This document shows positions 36,518 through 49,276 of a stretch of 64,000 bases of DNA, piece by piece. The DNA is from Fistulifera solaris (taxonomy: Eukaryota). The position numbers and the translations under genes are program-made. The stretch covers positions 744,001 through 808,000 of the forward strand of contig AP026139.1 in assembly GCA_030295235.1 (NCBI GenBank). Reading direction: 5' to 3'. The notes under the pieces are model-generated. The model was not told where the DNA came from, ran no database searches, and worked only from the letters and a program-made list of their open reading frames with translations. Each line of letters begins with the position of its first letter. The first letter of the stretch is position 1.

Positions 36518-37704
36518 TCAGTATTTGTTCCAGTACGATGTGTTGCTGCCGTCGCGGCGTGCCGTCACGCATGGCTCAACATTCACAGACTCATTATTCT
36601 TTGGGTGATGACGCTGGGTCATGCACCATCCTTGACGTTGCTTCGGTGATATCTCAAAACGACGATCATTGAAGCTACCTCCAAATGCAACAAATCGCTG
36701 CTTTTGATTGCTGCTGTCACAATCAGCGAGCTCCAAGTCGTTGCCAGGAAACTCTTCAACGCAAATATTTCGATTCGCAACCTTGATTTGGACTTCATTC
36801 GGTCCGTGCGACACAAATTCCCATTGAGTCGGCGAATCATCGCAGTCAAAAATAGCAATTTCACCACCAGCACTGCATCTTCCGCGGCAGCTCATGCACC
36901 ATTTCCGCTCAAAAGGCTCATTTTGCCAATCGTATCCTTCAGAACAGAACACGGTGATGTGAGACGATCGAATCCATCTTCTCTTGTACGATCGGTACAC
37001 AAGTAATTATGTCTCTTACCGGGTTCCCAGTACAGCTTCAATGCAAATGATCCTCCCGAAGGCGGAGAGCGCACCGGCGAAGCAACTGGTGCCGGTGGCG
37101 TTGGAGTTTCCCCATTGCCGCCGCCGTCGCCGCCATTCGATGAATCATTGCGAACACAAAAGTCGTTATCTGAATTCATCAGGCTACGATTCAAAGTACA
37201 CCCGGGCGCTTCTTGTCCCCGATTTCGCTGGTGACACTTTAATCCTTGTGCGCAATCGCTGTCTCTGTCACAATCTCCTTGGCACAGACCGAGATTGCTC
37301 ACGTTATCATTGCCGACGTATGATGCCCTTGTTGTCCCATTGGAAGATGTAGGCGGTACTTGAATCGGCGCAGCGACAGGAGTGGGAAAAGTAACATCTG
37401 GTGGGTTCCCCGCCACACAGAAATCGACTCGAGAAGCGAGAAGTCGATCCGATAATGTACATCCTGGAGCATCATCGCCCGCGTCTCGCTTAAAGCAAGT
37501 GAATCCTGATCGGCAGTCGGCGTTGGTAACACAGTGGCCCTCACACAATCCGAGATTTCCATTGTGGTTTCTACCAAAGTTCCGGGCAGTTACTTGCAAC
37601 TTGCGTCTCAAGAATTGCATGGGCTGTTCATCGTGTTGGTTCGCTGCTGTACTCGCCACCAATAGAAGCAAGGGGACCTTGAGTAAAAGCTGAAGGACTG
37701 TCAT
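36518..37704 (-). CDS. Frustulin-like protein 6 (2 ACR domains; 1 intron)
   Basis: RKLQ, CEGHC, CQGDCD, FALKLYWEP|GYDWQ. Confidence 0.9.
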
Positions 37705-38508
37705 GGCTTGCTTGCTTGCTTGCTTGCTTGAGTAGCTAAACTCGGGTGAGATTCTTTGGGGAGAGATAATAATGATTATTTCCTAGCATTTATTTCATTT
37801 TCGTATGTTTGTGGGTGTGCCGTGTTCCGTCGAGTTGCCGATTGCCACGATCCCTCGGTTTCCGTTGAAGGGAGACTCTTTGTACTTAAGAATCTGAAAA
37901 CGGTTAAAGGAAACTCTTTTGTGAGCTTCAAAATTGTTTGTAGAGTTCATTTGTTCTTCGTCTTCAAAATGCTTTGTACTTTGTACTATGTGCATTATGC
38001 ATCATTTTCAGATCGAAAAACAAAGATAAATTCTAACTGTGGATAGTTTTGTACATGAAAAATCATAAAACGAAGCAATGGGTCATTGTTGTCAATGACC
38101 GATAACCAAATTTTTTTGACGGACGACAGACACGGACACGGACGCCTTTTGACAAGAACTCAATTACGAGTAATTTGGACTTTGGACATTCCAGTTTGAC
38201 GATAATCAATCAAATAAGGCCGACTGGCCTATTCGCAAATAATAACGTTGACAATGGCAACTTTACATCCAATTGAAAAGCGTGAGAACCACTACAAGAA
38301 TGAAATTGTCAGATTTTCTGTTGGGAGTCAGAAACCGGCTCATGCAAGCGACATTTGAAGCGTATCGACAAAACAACCACACAACAAAACTCATTGCCTA
38401 GTATTGAGAATTGCATGATAATACATAGATCACCTTAACGCTCGTGCAGTTGATTGACGATGAAACCAACGCCAATGCGCCCTCAAAAATCTTTCATCTT
38501 TGTCAAGC

Positions 38509-39443
38509 TCAGTATTTGTTCCAATACGATGTACGGCTTCCTTCTCGTCGAGCCGTGACACACGGCTCGAGGTTCACATATTCACCACTTTTAGGATGAT
38601 GGCGCTGTGTCATGCACCAGCCTCGACGCAGTTTGGGCGAAATTTCAAAGCTTCTTTCATCAAAACCTCCTCGACCAGCAACAAAACGTTGCTTTGGATT
38701 ATTGCCATCACATTGGGCCAGTTCCAAGTCATTTTCAAGAAACTCCTGAATACACAGATTTCGTTGGGCGACCTTAATCTGCACTTCGTTGGGACCGTGT
38801 GACACAAACTCCCATTGAGTCGGCGAGTCGTCACAATCATAGATGGCAATCTCGCTTCCTTTTCGACAGAACCGGCGACACGTCATGCTCATGCACCACT
38901 TGCGCTCGAATGGTTCATTTTGCCAATTGTATTCTTCACGGTAACAGTTGAGGAACAAGATGAACAAAAGGACGATTAGTGGCTTTTCATTTTCTTACCT
39001 GGTTCCCAGTAGAGCTTCAAAGCGAAAGTACTTCTGCTGAAGCCAAAATATTCGGCATTGCCATCATTGCTGGGAGCATCCGATGATTCAGAATGATGCG
39101 ACGGTGCCATTGTCGGTGATGGAGATGAGGGAAGAAGATCGGAAGCATCATCTGTTAGTCTGGCGACACAATAGTTTGTACGGGCATTCCGCTGCTTCTC
39201 CGATAAAGAACATCCAGGGACACCATCCCCCGCGTCTCGTTGGAGACAAATCAGATTTTCGCGACAATCTGCATCACTATCACAGTGGCCTTCGCACAAT
39301 CCAAGATTTCCAGAATGGTTGCCTCCATAGTTCTCAGCAGCTACTTGCAAATTGCGTCGAAGGAAACGAATCGGGGTTTCTTCATTCGCTAGAGAACAGG
39401 TAACCAAGTGAACAAACAGTGATGCTTGAATGACGAGCTTCAT
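38509..39443 (-). CDS. Frustulin-like protein 7 (1 ACR domain; 1 intron)
   Basis: RNLQ, CEGHCD, FALKLYWEP, Trp-rich domain. Confidence 0.88.
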
Positions 39444-40540
39444 GGCAACCGATTTGTTGATGGAAATAATTGAGAACAAGCGCCTACACCGTTGGATTCC
39501 TTCAAACTTTTGGGTGAACGTAATTTGTGTTCCAAATGGTTATTCGAATGGTGATGCACGATTGATATTCATGCACAAAACATGCACAAAATATTTTCTT
39601 TATAGGCGACATCATTATTTGGTAATTTCGATACACGAATTCGTCAAAGCGCAACGCTCTTTCAGCTTGTAACAACCACTTTACGACGGTTAACGGTTGA
39701 ATGATTTTCAGTTCCATGTAAACAGAGTTACGCTTCTCCGATTGTCGGTTATTTGTAATTTAGCTATGAACAAGTTACGGGCTTTGATTCATTTAGAGGA
39801 AACCATCGCATAAAAGGTCGTCGAGTTACGTTCAATCTTTCAAAGCTTGCTTGCTCCGTTCCAGCGCTAACATTGGATCCGATTGAATCTTGAATAAGAA
39901 ACAAACGACAAGAAAGACGTCCATTGGTTTGAATCTTACTCGGAATGCTGCGAATATGTTAGCTTTGATACGGAATACCGGTACATACTCTTGAAAGATG
40001 AATGCTTTTTCACGAAGCATAGAAGATGAAGATACCAATGAGTACAAGTACATACCTTTTTTATGCGTACCTGGTACCTGTCGCTCAAACAAGAGTGTTT
40101 GTGGCCTACTACATTGTACTCTGGCAATGAGGATCTTCCTGTTGCTATTGCTATGGCTACTCTAGACGAACGCTTTAATCAGCTACGGTTTTACAAAGGC
40201 TTATTGTGGAAACTTAAGAGAAAGAGAGAGAGGTTTGGAGCTTTGAGCCTCGGGCTATGACACATGACACATGACTAAAATCCAGTCGTGACGGAATCTC
40301 GCTGCACTTTGAGATTACAGTGAATACTCCGTAGTGACTAAACTTTATACTTTACCTGGTATAGTCAAAGTGGAAGTGCCTTTTTGTCCATCTGTTTACG
40401 TGAAGTAGTAATTTTCGTCCTTCGACGATCGCCTCTCTTTTTTTTCTTTTTCGCGGTTCACACGGAACCATTCAGGAGAAGGAATACGTTCGAAGAAACA
40501 GAAAGTTTGGCAGCCATGTGCGACCCATCCAGCCTACAGA

Positions 40541-41857
40541 ATGAAAAAAGCGCACAAAGAAGTGACAAACGCGAAAGAGTCACTGCGGCGTGGTACTTTA
40601 TTAGGAGCAGCTTCGTATGCACTTGTCGCAATTGCAAATTCAGTGATTTTACCTCATCAACAAAGTCGACGAGATGCTATGGGTTGTGATTATTTATGCT
40701 TGGGATCGCTGTCGTCAGCTCGATCGGCTCTTTCTCTGGTGGGAGCGACAATCGTCGGGAAGCTTTCAGATTCGACTACTTTAGACGAAAAACTAGGGGG
40801 CAATAAACGAAAATTTGTTTTGGTGATAGGGCTACTCGCAGCAGCTGGTGCTATCATCAGTGATCATCAAGCATCGACAATTTCTGATTTGTGGGTCGGT
40901 ATATTTCCCAACGCCTTGCAACAGAACATGTCTGTATGCAAAGCATTACTCGGAGAGTATCAAGAATCAATACCTGGGGGTGTCACTGCAGTCGATCGTG
41001 CTTGGAGTGCTGGCATGTTGGGAATGGCAGCTGGATTTTCGTTGATGATTGGTCCTTTCGTTGGAGCAATTCTATTGCGAACCTATCAGCAAGCCGTTGC
41101 AGCAGGTCTTTGTTCCTTATTACTGGCCGCATTGCTTGTCTACTTACTTCCGAGCCCTAAAATGCAGCCAAAAAATAAGAATCGGCAGCTCAAAAAGGGA
41201 TTTTTGTCATTTATCGATATCCCATCAGCGAGATCTCCTGCGGCTCTCTTTCTGATTGGCACTAAACTCTTGTCGGCTCTCAGTTTTCATATCTACCAAA
41301 CGATATGGTCCGTCTATATGAAAGATCGCTTACAGTTTGGTCTGTCCGAATACGGTCGATTCTTCTCGACGATCGGTTTTTTCTACGCAATTTCGCAAGG
41401 GTTTTTAGCGAAAAAGTGTCTGGAGCGATTGGGTGGTGAAAATCCTCGAGGAAGAACGCTACTTTTGGCGTTTTCATCATTGCTGATCGGTGCCGCTCGA
41501 TACGCTGCGCTTCACACAATGAACACGTTGGCGGTTTACAGCATTTTTTCATTCAAAGTGACCGTGTACGGCGTCATGTCAACGATCATCAGTGCCGACA
41601 TGAGCCAAATTGCAGCCCCAGAAGATCTCGGGAGTTTCTTTGGCCTCTTTACTGCTGTGGAAGCAGGAGCGGGTATGTTTGGTTCATTATTGGGAGGCGC
41701 ACTGTGGCACTTGCACGGGTCGTTGCCATTGATAGTAGTCGTTGGACTGAACTTGTCTATTTTTGCAAGCGCTTTACTTAGCTACGAAAGAACTGTTGCT
41801 AGCCAGCACGATGTTTGTACAGAAGAAAAAAAGAAAAGTACATTAGTTGTTTTTTAA
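40541..41857 (+). CDS. Major facilitator superfamily transporter (DHA1/TetA-like)
   Basis: About 12 TM segments, GKLSD...KRK motif A, MIGPFVGA motif C. Confidence 0.85.
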   Translation: MKKAHKEVTNAKESLRRGTLLGAASYALVAIANSVILPHQQSRRDAMGCDYLCLGSLSSARSALSLVGATIVGKLSDSTTLDEKLGGNKRKFVLVIGLLAAAGAIISDHQASTISDLWVGIFPNALQQNMSVCKALLGEYQESIPGGVTAVDRAWSAGMLGMAAGFSLMIGPFVGAILLRTYQQAVAAGLCSLLLAALLVYLLPSPKMQPKNKNRQLKKGFLSFIDIPSARSPAALFLIGTKLLSALSFHIYQTIWSVYMKDRLQFGLSEYGRFFSTIGFFYAISQGFLAKKCLERLGGENPRGRTLLLAFSSLLIGAARYAALHTMNTLAVYSIFSFKVTVYGVMSTIISADMSQIAAPEDLGSFFGLFTAVEAGAGMFGSLLGGALWHLHGSLPLIVVVGLNLSIFASALLSYERTVASQHDVCTEEKKKSTLVVF

Positions 41858-41986
41858 CCTGTAAAGTAATTATATGATCGATAAGACGTGCGACGAAGCT
41901 ACCCGCATCTATAATAATACCGGGAAATAGCTTCCAAGACTGAAATTCTTTTGGTTCACGTCGCCCGTGCTCCAAAACATCAGGAC

Positions 41987-42062
41987 GGTGCGGGAAATTG
42001 TGTACTTTCGCGTAGGCCCCCGTAGAGAAATGTACCAAGCAGAGGGGCGTTCCCGTGTCTCC
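41987..42062 (+). repeat. Dispersed element B, copy 3
   Basis: Matches 15468-15543. Confidence 0.85.
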
Positions 42063-42151
42063 CAGGAGATGATACTTACATCGCGTCATTGCGAGCGAGC
42101 AAAAAAAGAACAAAGAATGACCATGATGACCACAACCAATAATTGCGAACA

Positions 42152-43279
42152 ATGAGAGGCGGTAAAGCCCGGATTTTGTTCTGGATAGGATCAATTGCAG
42201 CAACAACACTTTTATTTTACCAGTTTGTGTTAGCAACAAACTGTTTTTCTGCTGAGAAAGGTCGATTTTCAGTTGCTTACCCCGTTCCTTCATCTTCATC
42301 GCTCTTTCTGACAAATGCAGTAAGCCGAATGCAACAACTACCGTCTCTTTATCATTTACTTGATACAAAAGTAGAGGATGCTTGTCCCGAGAAGCTCGTT
42401 ATAATGAAAGACAAGCGCATCGGCCCATCTATACTATCTATACCGGATTGGGGCGATCACAATTCGATTCCCAAAGTAATTCATGTCACAACAAAGTCTC
42501 GCTGCTTGCCCCCCTCGTTTCACGAAAATCTTGAACTTTGGAAGAAAGCTTTCCCCGTCTATTCATTCGTATTACACAATGATGCGGCGATGTATCGATT
42601 ACTCGAACTGCATCATGTCGATTTTCCTCATCTACAGCAAAGTTTAAAGTGCAGTGTCTCGGTTGCCGCCATCGCTGATCTATGGCGAGCACTCATTCTC
42701 TACGAATACGGAGGCATCTATACGGACATTGACAATGCCCCACGAAAACTAAACGAAACTCTCATCAAAGAAACAGATCAAGCCTTTTTTGTCGTCGAGG
42801 AAGCAGGATACTTGTCACAGTATTTCATGGCTTCGGCTCCCAAACATCCCTTAATGTTTCTTCTCATACAATCAACGCTACATCGACTGTACGACTTAAA
42901 TGATGTGGATCACCAGTATGTTCCGTTTGTGACGGGTCCCGGTGCCTTGAAGCAAGCGTTCCTTCATTTCCTGCACGAGCAGGGACCCAACGCCGCGGTC
43001 ACCAAAAACAATACCGTCTCCAAGAACGGAGCCCTTGTGCAGGAAGGCGTGTACACCGGTATCGAAAATGCTACTGTTACAGTGGTGGGACGGCGAGGCA
43101 AAGCTTCGGATGAATACGTCGCTCGCAATGTCATTTACAAGAAACGCCGAATCTATTCTGAATTGATGAATATGACACATTTCTCTAGAGTTCACGCAGA
43201 CCCTTCGGTCAAGTCAAAGTTAACAACTGATTCTTGTTTGGAGCGCTTGTGGTATTCCAGAAACAGTAACAGGCATTGA
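42152..43279 (+). CDS. GT32 DXD glycosyltransferase (OCH1/SUR1-like)
   Basis: N-terminal TM, IPKVIH, ADLWRALILYEYGGIYTDID, PKHP, TGPGAL. Confidence 0.88.
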   Translation: MRGGKARILFWIGSIAATTLLFYQFVLATNCFSAEKGRFSVAYPVPSSSSLFLTNAVSRMQQLPSLYHLLDTKVEDACPEKLVIMKDKRIGPSILSIPDWGDHNSIPKVIHVTTKSRCLPPSFHENLELWKKAFPVYSFVLHNDAAMYRLLELHHVDFPHLQQSLKCSVSVAAIADLWRALILYEYGGIYTDIDNAPRKLNETLIKETDQAFFVVEEAGYLSQYFMASAPKHPLMFLLIQSTLHRLYDLNDVDHQYVPFVTGPGALKQAFLHFLHEQGPNAAVTKNNTVSKNGALVQEGVYTGIENATVTVVGRRGKASDEYVARNVIYKKRRIYSELMNMTHFSRVHADPSVKSKLTTDSCLERLWYSRNSNRH

Positions 43280-43337
43280 TGACGAGATACTGCGCCAAAG
43301 CAGGAAAATGTCTTAGTAGCATTGTAACATTTACGGA

Positions 43338-44208
43338 TTATACAATCTTCATGAGAGCATCATTGTTGTCGGGTCGTCTTCCCTTTCTTCGTTTCATATC
43401 TACCCCTGAGGCAGAGCTTTGATCTAATGATAATTCGCTATCGGAGAATTCCTGACCAGCAATTAGATGATGTTGATCATCTACTTGACTGGTCGAACTG
43501 GCTTTTCGCATAGCTCTCCCGAAGCCCCATGAAGACGTTGTCGCCGATGCCGACACGGCACCCATCCCCATGACTTTCTGGACGGCTGTTTGTGCGGGAG
43601 TAATAAATTTAAGGGCCGGCATTTCTAAAAAGTCCCGGAAATCCACGGTTTGTGACTCATCAAAGTCAAATCGTGTCACAACTCGCACATAATTCAAGTA
43701 GATTTTACGACATGTAAAAAGAGCGACCAACCAGCATATGAGCGCCGATTCCCACGGCAACATGAGCCATACGGAAACTAATACACTCCCCACAGTACAG
43801 GCGAGTCCGATGCCGAAGGTTGTAAAGACAGAAGATCGTTCTTCATAAAGACCATCGGTCGCCGTTAGCATACTTCCATCAGGACCTCTCATAGGCTAAT
43901 CCAGCACCCAGAACACTGAGTGCCGTTGTATGAGAAACCACAATCATATTCGCACAGAAAGCAGCAACAATGATGCCATAATAGATCACGCGGAGTATTC
44001 TCGCAAATTGTTGATGTTCTTCCGCCCAGTCGCTCACCGGCGCCGGGGAGAATTCAATAAACATAGTAATATCGAGTCCAGCGAGTACGGCTGCTTGTGT
44101 TCCGACGGTCATGAGATTGGAATGGTGCAACTGAAACTCCTTTTCTTTCAAGGCAGTCGCTTGTTGCTTCAATGCCGATTGCAACTGGAGCTTATCTGCG
44201 GCCAACAT
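43338..44208 (-). CDS. Orai-like four-TM membrane protein (frameshift ~43890)
   Basis: TM1 TQAAVLAGLDITMFIEF resembles Orai1 RTSALLSGFAMVAMVEV; three further TM segments. Confidence 0.6.
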
Positions 44209-44622
44209 GATGAAGCGGCAATATCAACGAAAGGAATAGACAAAGGGGAAGGCGCTGTTGCTGTTAGAAAGCAGGTTTTATTGAGTAGTTCTATCAGTTG
44301 CGATGATTCCTTTTTCTCGACCTCGTCAATGCTTTTTCGTCGTCAAACAAAAACTCAACGGTACTTGTGCTCTTGTACGTTTTGAGTTGTATGGGTTGAG
44401 GACAATGACTTTCACGTACGACGGACGTATTCATTCTTAGGTCATTCAATACCGGAAAGATACCCACTACGTACACGTTTCTGAGCTCCGACGACTCGTG
44501 ACCTCTAGTCCAGGTACATGATAAGCAATGAATTAGCCAAATATTTTTAATTAGTGATATTTCTGTTGCTCGATGATTATTTGTAATTATGAAAAGGACA
44601 AAGACGATTGTTTCCTTGGTCT

Positions 44623-45176
44623 CTATTTCGATACCATGGACCGAATCATGTCAGCAGAAAGAGCACCGTAAGTCTCTTTCCAGGACTCTTCACTCTCCTC
44701 CGTAAACTTGTCACCCAACATTTCCTTTAAGGTCCAGACCAAAGCGTCTCCCATGATTGGGAACATGTCGGGCTTGACACCGTACACAACGTGTTTCGTT
44801 CCCAATTCGGTCATGATCTCCGTCAACAATTCAATATCCGGACCAAGCATATTCAATGACGTATCAATCATATTCCAAAAGTAAATGGCTTGAGCAATGA
44901 ATCGCTTCGACTGCAAAAGCTCGGGCGAGTCGACATCAATGTCGATGGGGAAACCGAACAACAACTTTGCTTGAGGGCATTTATCGAAGAGTCTAGTAAT
45001 TGAAAAATAGTTGATAAGGCTGAAACGCATGTTGTTTTACGTCATGGGATCAGTTTTTGCGCTTACCTTCGAAAAAGCTTCGTACCGGCAACCTTTTCGT
45101 AATCCTTGGTACGTTTGACAGATTCCCAGTCTTCCATTACATTGCTGATCGTGCTGTAAGAAATTTCCTTTACCAT
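44623..45176 (-). CDS. Single-domain 3/3 globin A (intron ~44993-45066)
   Basis: W in helix A, LFRRLFDKCPQAKLLF, proximal His in LGTKHVVYGV. Confidence 0.9.
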
Positions 45177-46055
45177 CTTTGTATCTTGGTAATCGATAAC
45201 GACTTGAAAGTGATGAGAGAGACGATTGATGAATACCAGGAAGGAGGCTTTTATGAAATGAGAGAAAAGGACGAGAACTGAAAAGTTACCAAGCTTATGT
45301 TGTTTTTTGTTGCCCGACTGATTTGGTTTGCGGATCAGGGCACTTCGTTTGGGAAGCGAAGAAGGGCAATAGCTACACAATGACTTTCGACGAAAGAATG
45401 TTCTTTCAAATCGTCAAGAATTTTAGCTACAATACTTTGTAGATTGAGTTTGCGCTTCCGAAGTCATGCCTTCTTCTGCTGTTCTGTGTTCTGTTTACTG
45501 CTGCTACTGCTACGCGATCTGAAAACCGAAATAACGTACAAATTACTTGATGACCGTAACAATCACTTTTCTACGTGGTACTTCTACTGTGTAATTAGGA
45601 AATAATAGAGGGTCGATGAGCCCAATACGTTTCGTCATTTGATCAGTCAATACCGTCTTACTGTAGACACTGTTCACAAACGATTTCCTATTTCTGAATG
45701 GTGTACATTTGGTTCTAAAGAAGAAGGCCAAGGAACAACGACAAGAAGACCGCTCAGAAAATTAGAAAGGGAGAAGCAAACAGTTCGCGTTTTGCACATT
45801 GCGCTTTTCGGCTTGAGAAAGAAACGCAACATTTTGCGATCTTCAACGAGCGACTCTAGAAGCATGCTCTACTTGAAGTCTCGAAATAGAGTGGGTTGTA
45901 GGTACGAAATACGAAAGAACAACTCAGGAATTTTGGGCAACGAACACAAGAACACAAGCACTCTGTATGATCGACGAGCAATCCTTTCTTTGAACACAGA
46001 CCCTCATCTATCTTCTTTAAAATCTGTTCCATTGTCAAGGATCGTTTAGCATTCG

Positions 46056-46654
46056 ATGTCTTCGTCCATCACTATTATTAATGAGCACCTTACATTTTCT
46101 GCGCTGGTGGGTGCAATGGAAAGAGGCGGTGCAATAAAAGAAGTTAAACTTGAGGACGTTGTCATTGAAGGAGATGAAGACGCAATGCGACTACTTACCA
46201 GGTATTTTCGAGGTCACTATACAATTGAGAATGCAATTTTCCGGCGAGTTCGTTTGGCCGATGAAAGGAATGATCTTGGGATCATTTTCTCTACCCTTTG
46301 GTGTCAGCATGTGAGTTGAAGCATTTTCACGTGGAAGAATGCCCCGTCTCGTCTGCGGTTATTATCTGTGTGTCTTATAGTCCAAATCTTGAAAGCCTTC
46401 GGTTAATCAACTGCAATCTGGGAGACGGTGATGCCACGAAACTCGTCGATGTTCTGGCCAAAGCAACGAGCGTCACTGTTCTGGATGTGTCTGGCAACGA
46501 TTTCAGTGCGATCGGAGAGTCCGCGCTGAAGACTGGCCTCGAGCGCTCTACTAATATTTCGTCGCTCATGATTAATGGACATGATGTCGTGTTGGCCAAA
46601 GCACCCTCAGTAAAAGTTGTTTCAACAAAACAGATATCTGCTCAAACAGCATGA
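46056..46654 (+). CDS. Small RNI-like leucine-rich repeat protein (frameshift ~46300)
   Basis: LESLRLINCNLGD, VTVLDVSGNDFS. Confidence 0.7.
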
Positions 46655-46776
46655 TAGTAGATCAGTTTGACATTAGACAAAACGATTTCTTTACACAGCA
46701 TAATGATTTTGATTCAGGCCTGATGACCTTTAGTCGATGTAGCAAATGTAGATCTTTCTCACAGTGCAATTTGTGT

Positions 46777-47341
46777 TTATTTCTTTACCATGGCTCGAAT
46801 CATGTCAGCAGAAAGTGCGTCGTAAGTTTCTTTCCAAGCCTTTTCGTTTTCATCCTTGAATTTATCACCCAACATTTCCTTTAAGGTCCAGACCAAAGCG
46901 TCTCCCATGATGGGGAACATGTCGGGCTTGACACCGTACACAACGTGTTTCGTTCCCAATTCGGTCATGATCTCCGTCAACAATTCAATATCCGGACCAA
47001 GCATATTCAATGACGTATCAATCATATTCCAAAAGTAAATGGCTTGAGCAATGAATCGCTTCGACTGCAAAAGCTCGGGCGAGTCGACATCAATGTCGAT
47101 GGGGAAACCGAACAACAACTTTGCTTGGGGGCATTTATCGAAGAGTCTAGCATTTCCAGGAAGCACGCGAACGTTTCATTGAGGCGATACTGAAATGATA
47201 TCTTGAATGACATGCGCTTTGGATTGCTTACCTACGGAAGAGTTTCGTACCAGCGACCTTCTCATAATCTTTTGTCCGTTTGACAGATTCCCAGTCTTCC
47301 ATCACATGACTAATGGTTGCGTAATTCATTTCGTTCACCAT
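46777..47341 (-). CDS. Single-domain 3/3 globin B (intron ~47148-47231)
   Basis: Paralogue of globin A; exon 2 near-identical. Confidence 0.9.
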
Positions 47342-49276
47342 GGTTCAAGGTGCGAGGGCTGCAATCAGCAATCAGCAATCAGCTTGCTTTTAAATGCGAA
47401 ATGCGGTGGAGGTTAGAGTTTGACCGCTGGAAACTGGAAACTGGAAACCGAAATGCCGAAAATGACACCTCTCGGATTTCGGACCGTTCTTTGTTCTTTC
47501 GTTTGGCTTCACTCTAGAAAAAGGACATTTTAGTTAGGGTTCTTTGGTTTCGCTCTGTTCTTCGATACGTATTCACACAAAACTACTACTCAAATGAGTC
47601 ATGACTCATGACTCGTAAGCTAACGTGACAAATATCTAAGGCTAAATGGCTGCTGAGGTAGTTGTCATTCGTTTCTTTCGAGATCATAGACAAAGACTCT
47701 CAGTTTGAATGCGACAGTCGTCAAACGAAGATCAGGGCCCATTAATGATGGATTAAACTGATAAAAGGTAACAATATCGTTAGCGCCCTTCGGGCTATCA
47801 TATTTGTCTTGATATTTGTGCCTAGACTGCTCAATTACTTAATTCGTGACTGATATCCAGTCTTGGGTAAGTTGATAAAAATACTTCGAGGCGGTACTCA
47901 TCAATCGCTAATCGGTTTTTTCTCATAAAGTACTTGCAATCACTTTGTTTCTTTTGAATGAAGTTGGGAGCTACCAGGTAGTACGACACCCGAACTGTCA
48001 TTACATGCAACTTCAAAGTTCGTGTCCTCACTAGTGCAAGTAAATGTTGAAATGTTTTTAAGTTTCAATTTCCATCCGTTTCCGGTCATGACTCAAAATT
48101 CAGTCGTGATTTCGTAGAATACTTCAATCAATGTGAGTGTGAGACCGTGAGACCAGGTACGGGTACGGAGTACCGGTACTGGTAATCGAATTTTCCGTGA
48201 TTGCCCGCAACCTATTTGTACCAGCACATTGTAGTTAGTGACAGAAGGCATGCGTGAAAGCCGCCTTGCTAGTTCCATTTTCTTGAGACAAAGGAAAGGT
48301 TAGAAATCGATAAGAGCTTTTAAAATTAGATGCAATGACTCAAGAAAAAATTTAACCGTGAACGAGAATAATCTTTTGCAATTGCAAAATACAGTCTTTC
48401 GTTTATCAAGAATGTATGATCTCGGGTTCCAACATTATCAACTGTGTCGAGTCTTAAGTTTAATAGGCCCCCCGGCTGTTCCAACAGTTCCGATAAAAAA
48501 TGGCTAGAATTTACCACGCCAACAGTTCTGATAGCCTATTGAACTGTTGCTTCCCCCAATATATTTAGATTAAAAGCAAAAGGAGCCTTGATAGTTTGCT
48601 TGAGCTCGCTTTTGTTGAATAACATCTGAAGAAAAAAAAAATCGGGTTGTACACGCACCATGCCTTCATCGCGCGTCATTTCGAAAAGAAAACCAAAATT
48701 ATGAGCAACATTATATAAGTGCCAACTGGGCGTATAACAGAATGACTGCTGCTGACCTATTTTCCATCAAGATTTGCGGAACTTATCGAGATTTTTGTTA
48801 GTCGTGAAAGGTTAGAAACATGCAATTGTGAGTCCCTTCTTGTGCATTATGATGTGTCGGCTTTTAGAATTAAAGTTTGGCAGCCGTACTATTCACCTGT
48901 CATGGAAAAGAACGTGGGTACCGGGTTTCCTTTGAACAGAGTACGAACAAGACAAGTTGAATTTAGAAACGACAACATCAAGTGCAAGTTGCGCTCGAAA
49001 TGGACCAAATAATGTCAAGGTGCCAACTTCTTTTCACAAAGTCGGAAGGAGAAGGAAGACGTTCGGAACGCTTTTTGTGCCTTTGCAACCCGGAAATGCT
49101 TGTTCGCTATAGTGACAAGTTGTAAATGCAGGGCTTTCTCGAATTGCCTTCCTGAGAAGCCAAATTCCAAATGCTGGAAGATGGTTTCTTCTTCCTTTGT
49201 CTCGGCGCATTCACTCGTACCATCTCGGTTTGATGTTTCCAATAGCCATACATCTTTATTTTCTAATTCTTCAGAA

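Noticed and set aside
37706..37730. (GCTT)n upstream of frustulin-like gene 6, and (CGA)n near 13720
   Set aside because: Ordinary short microsatellites
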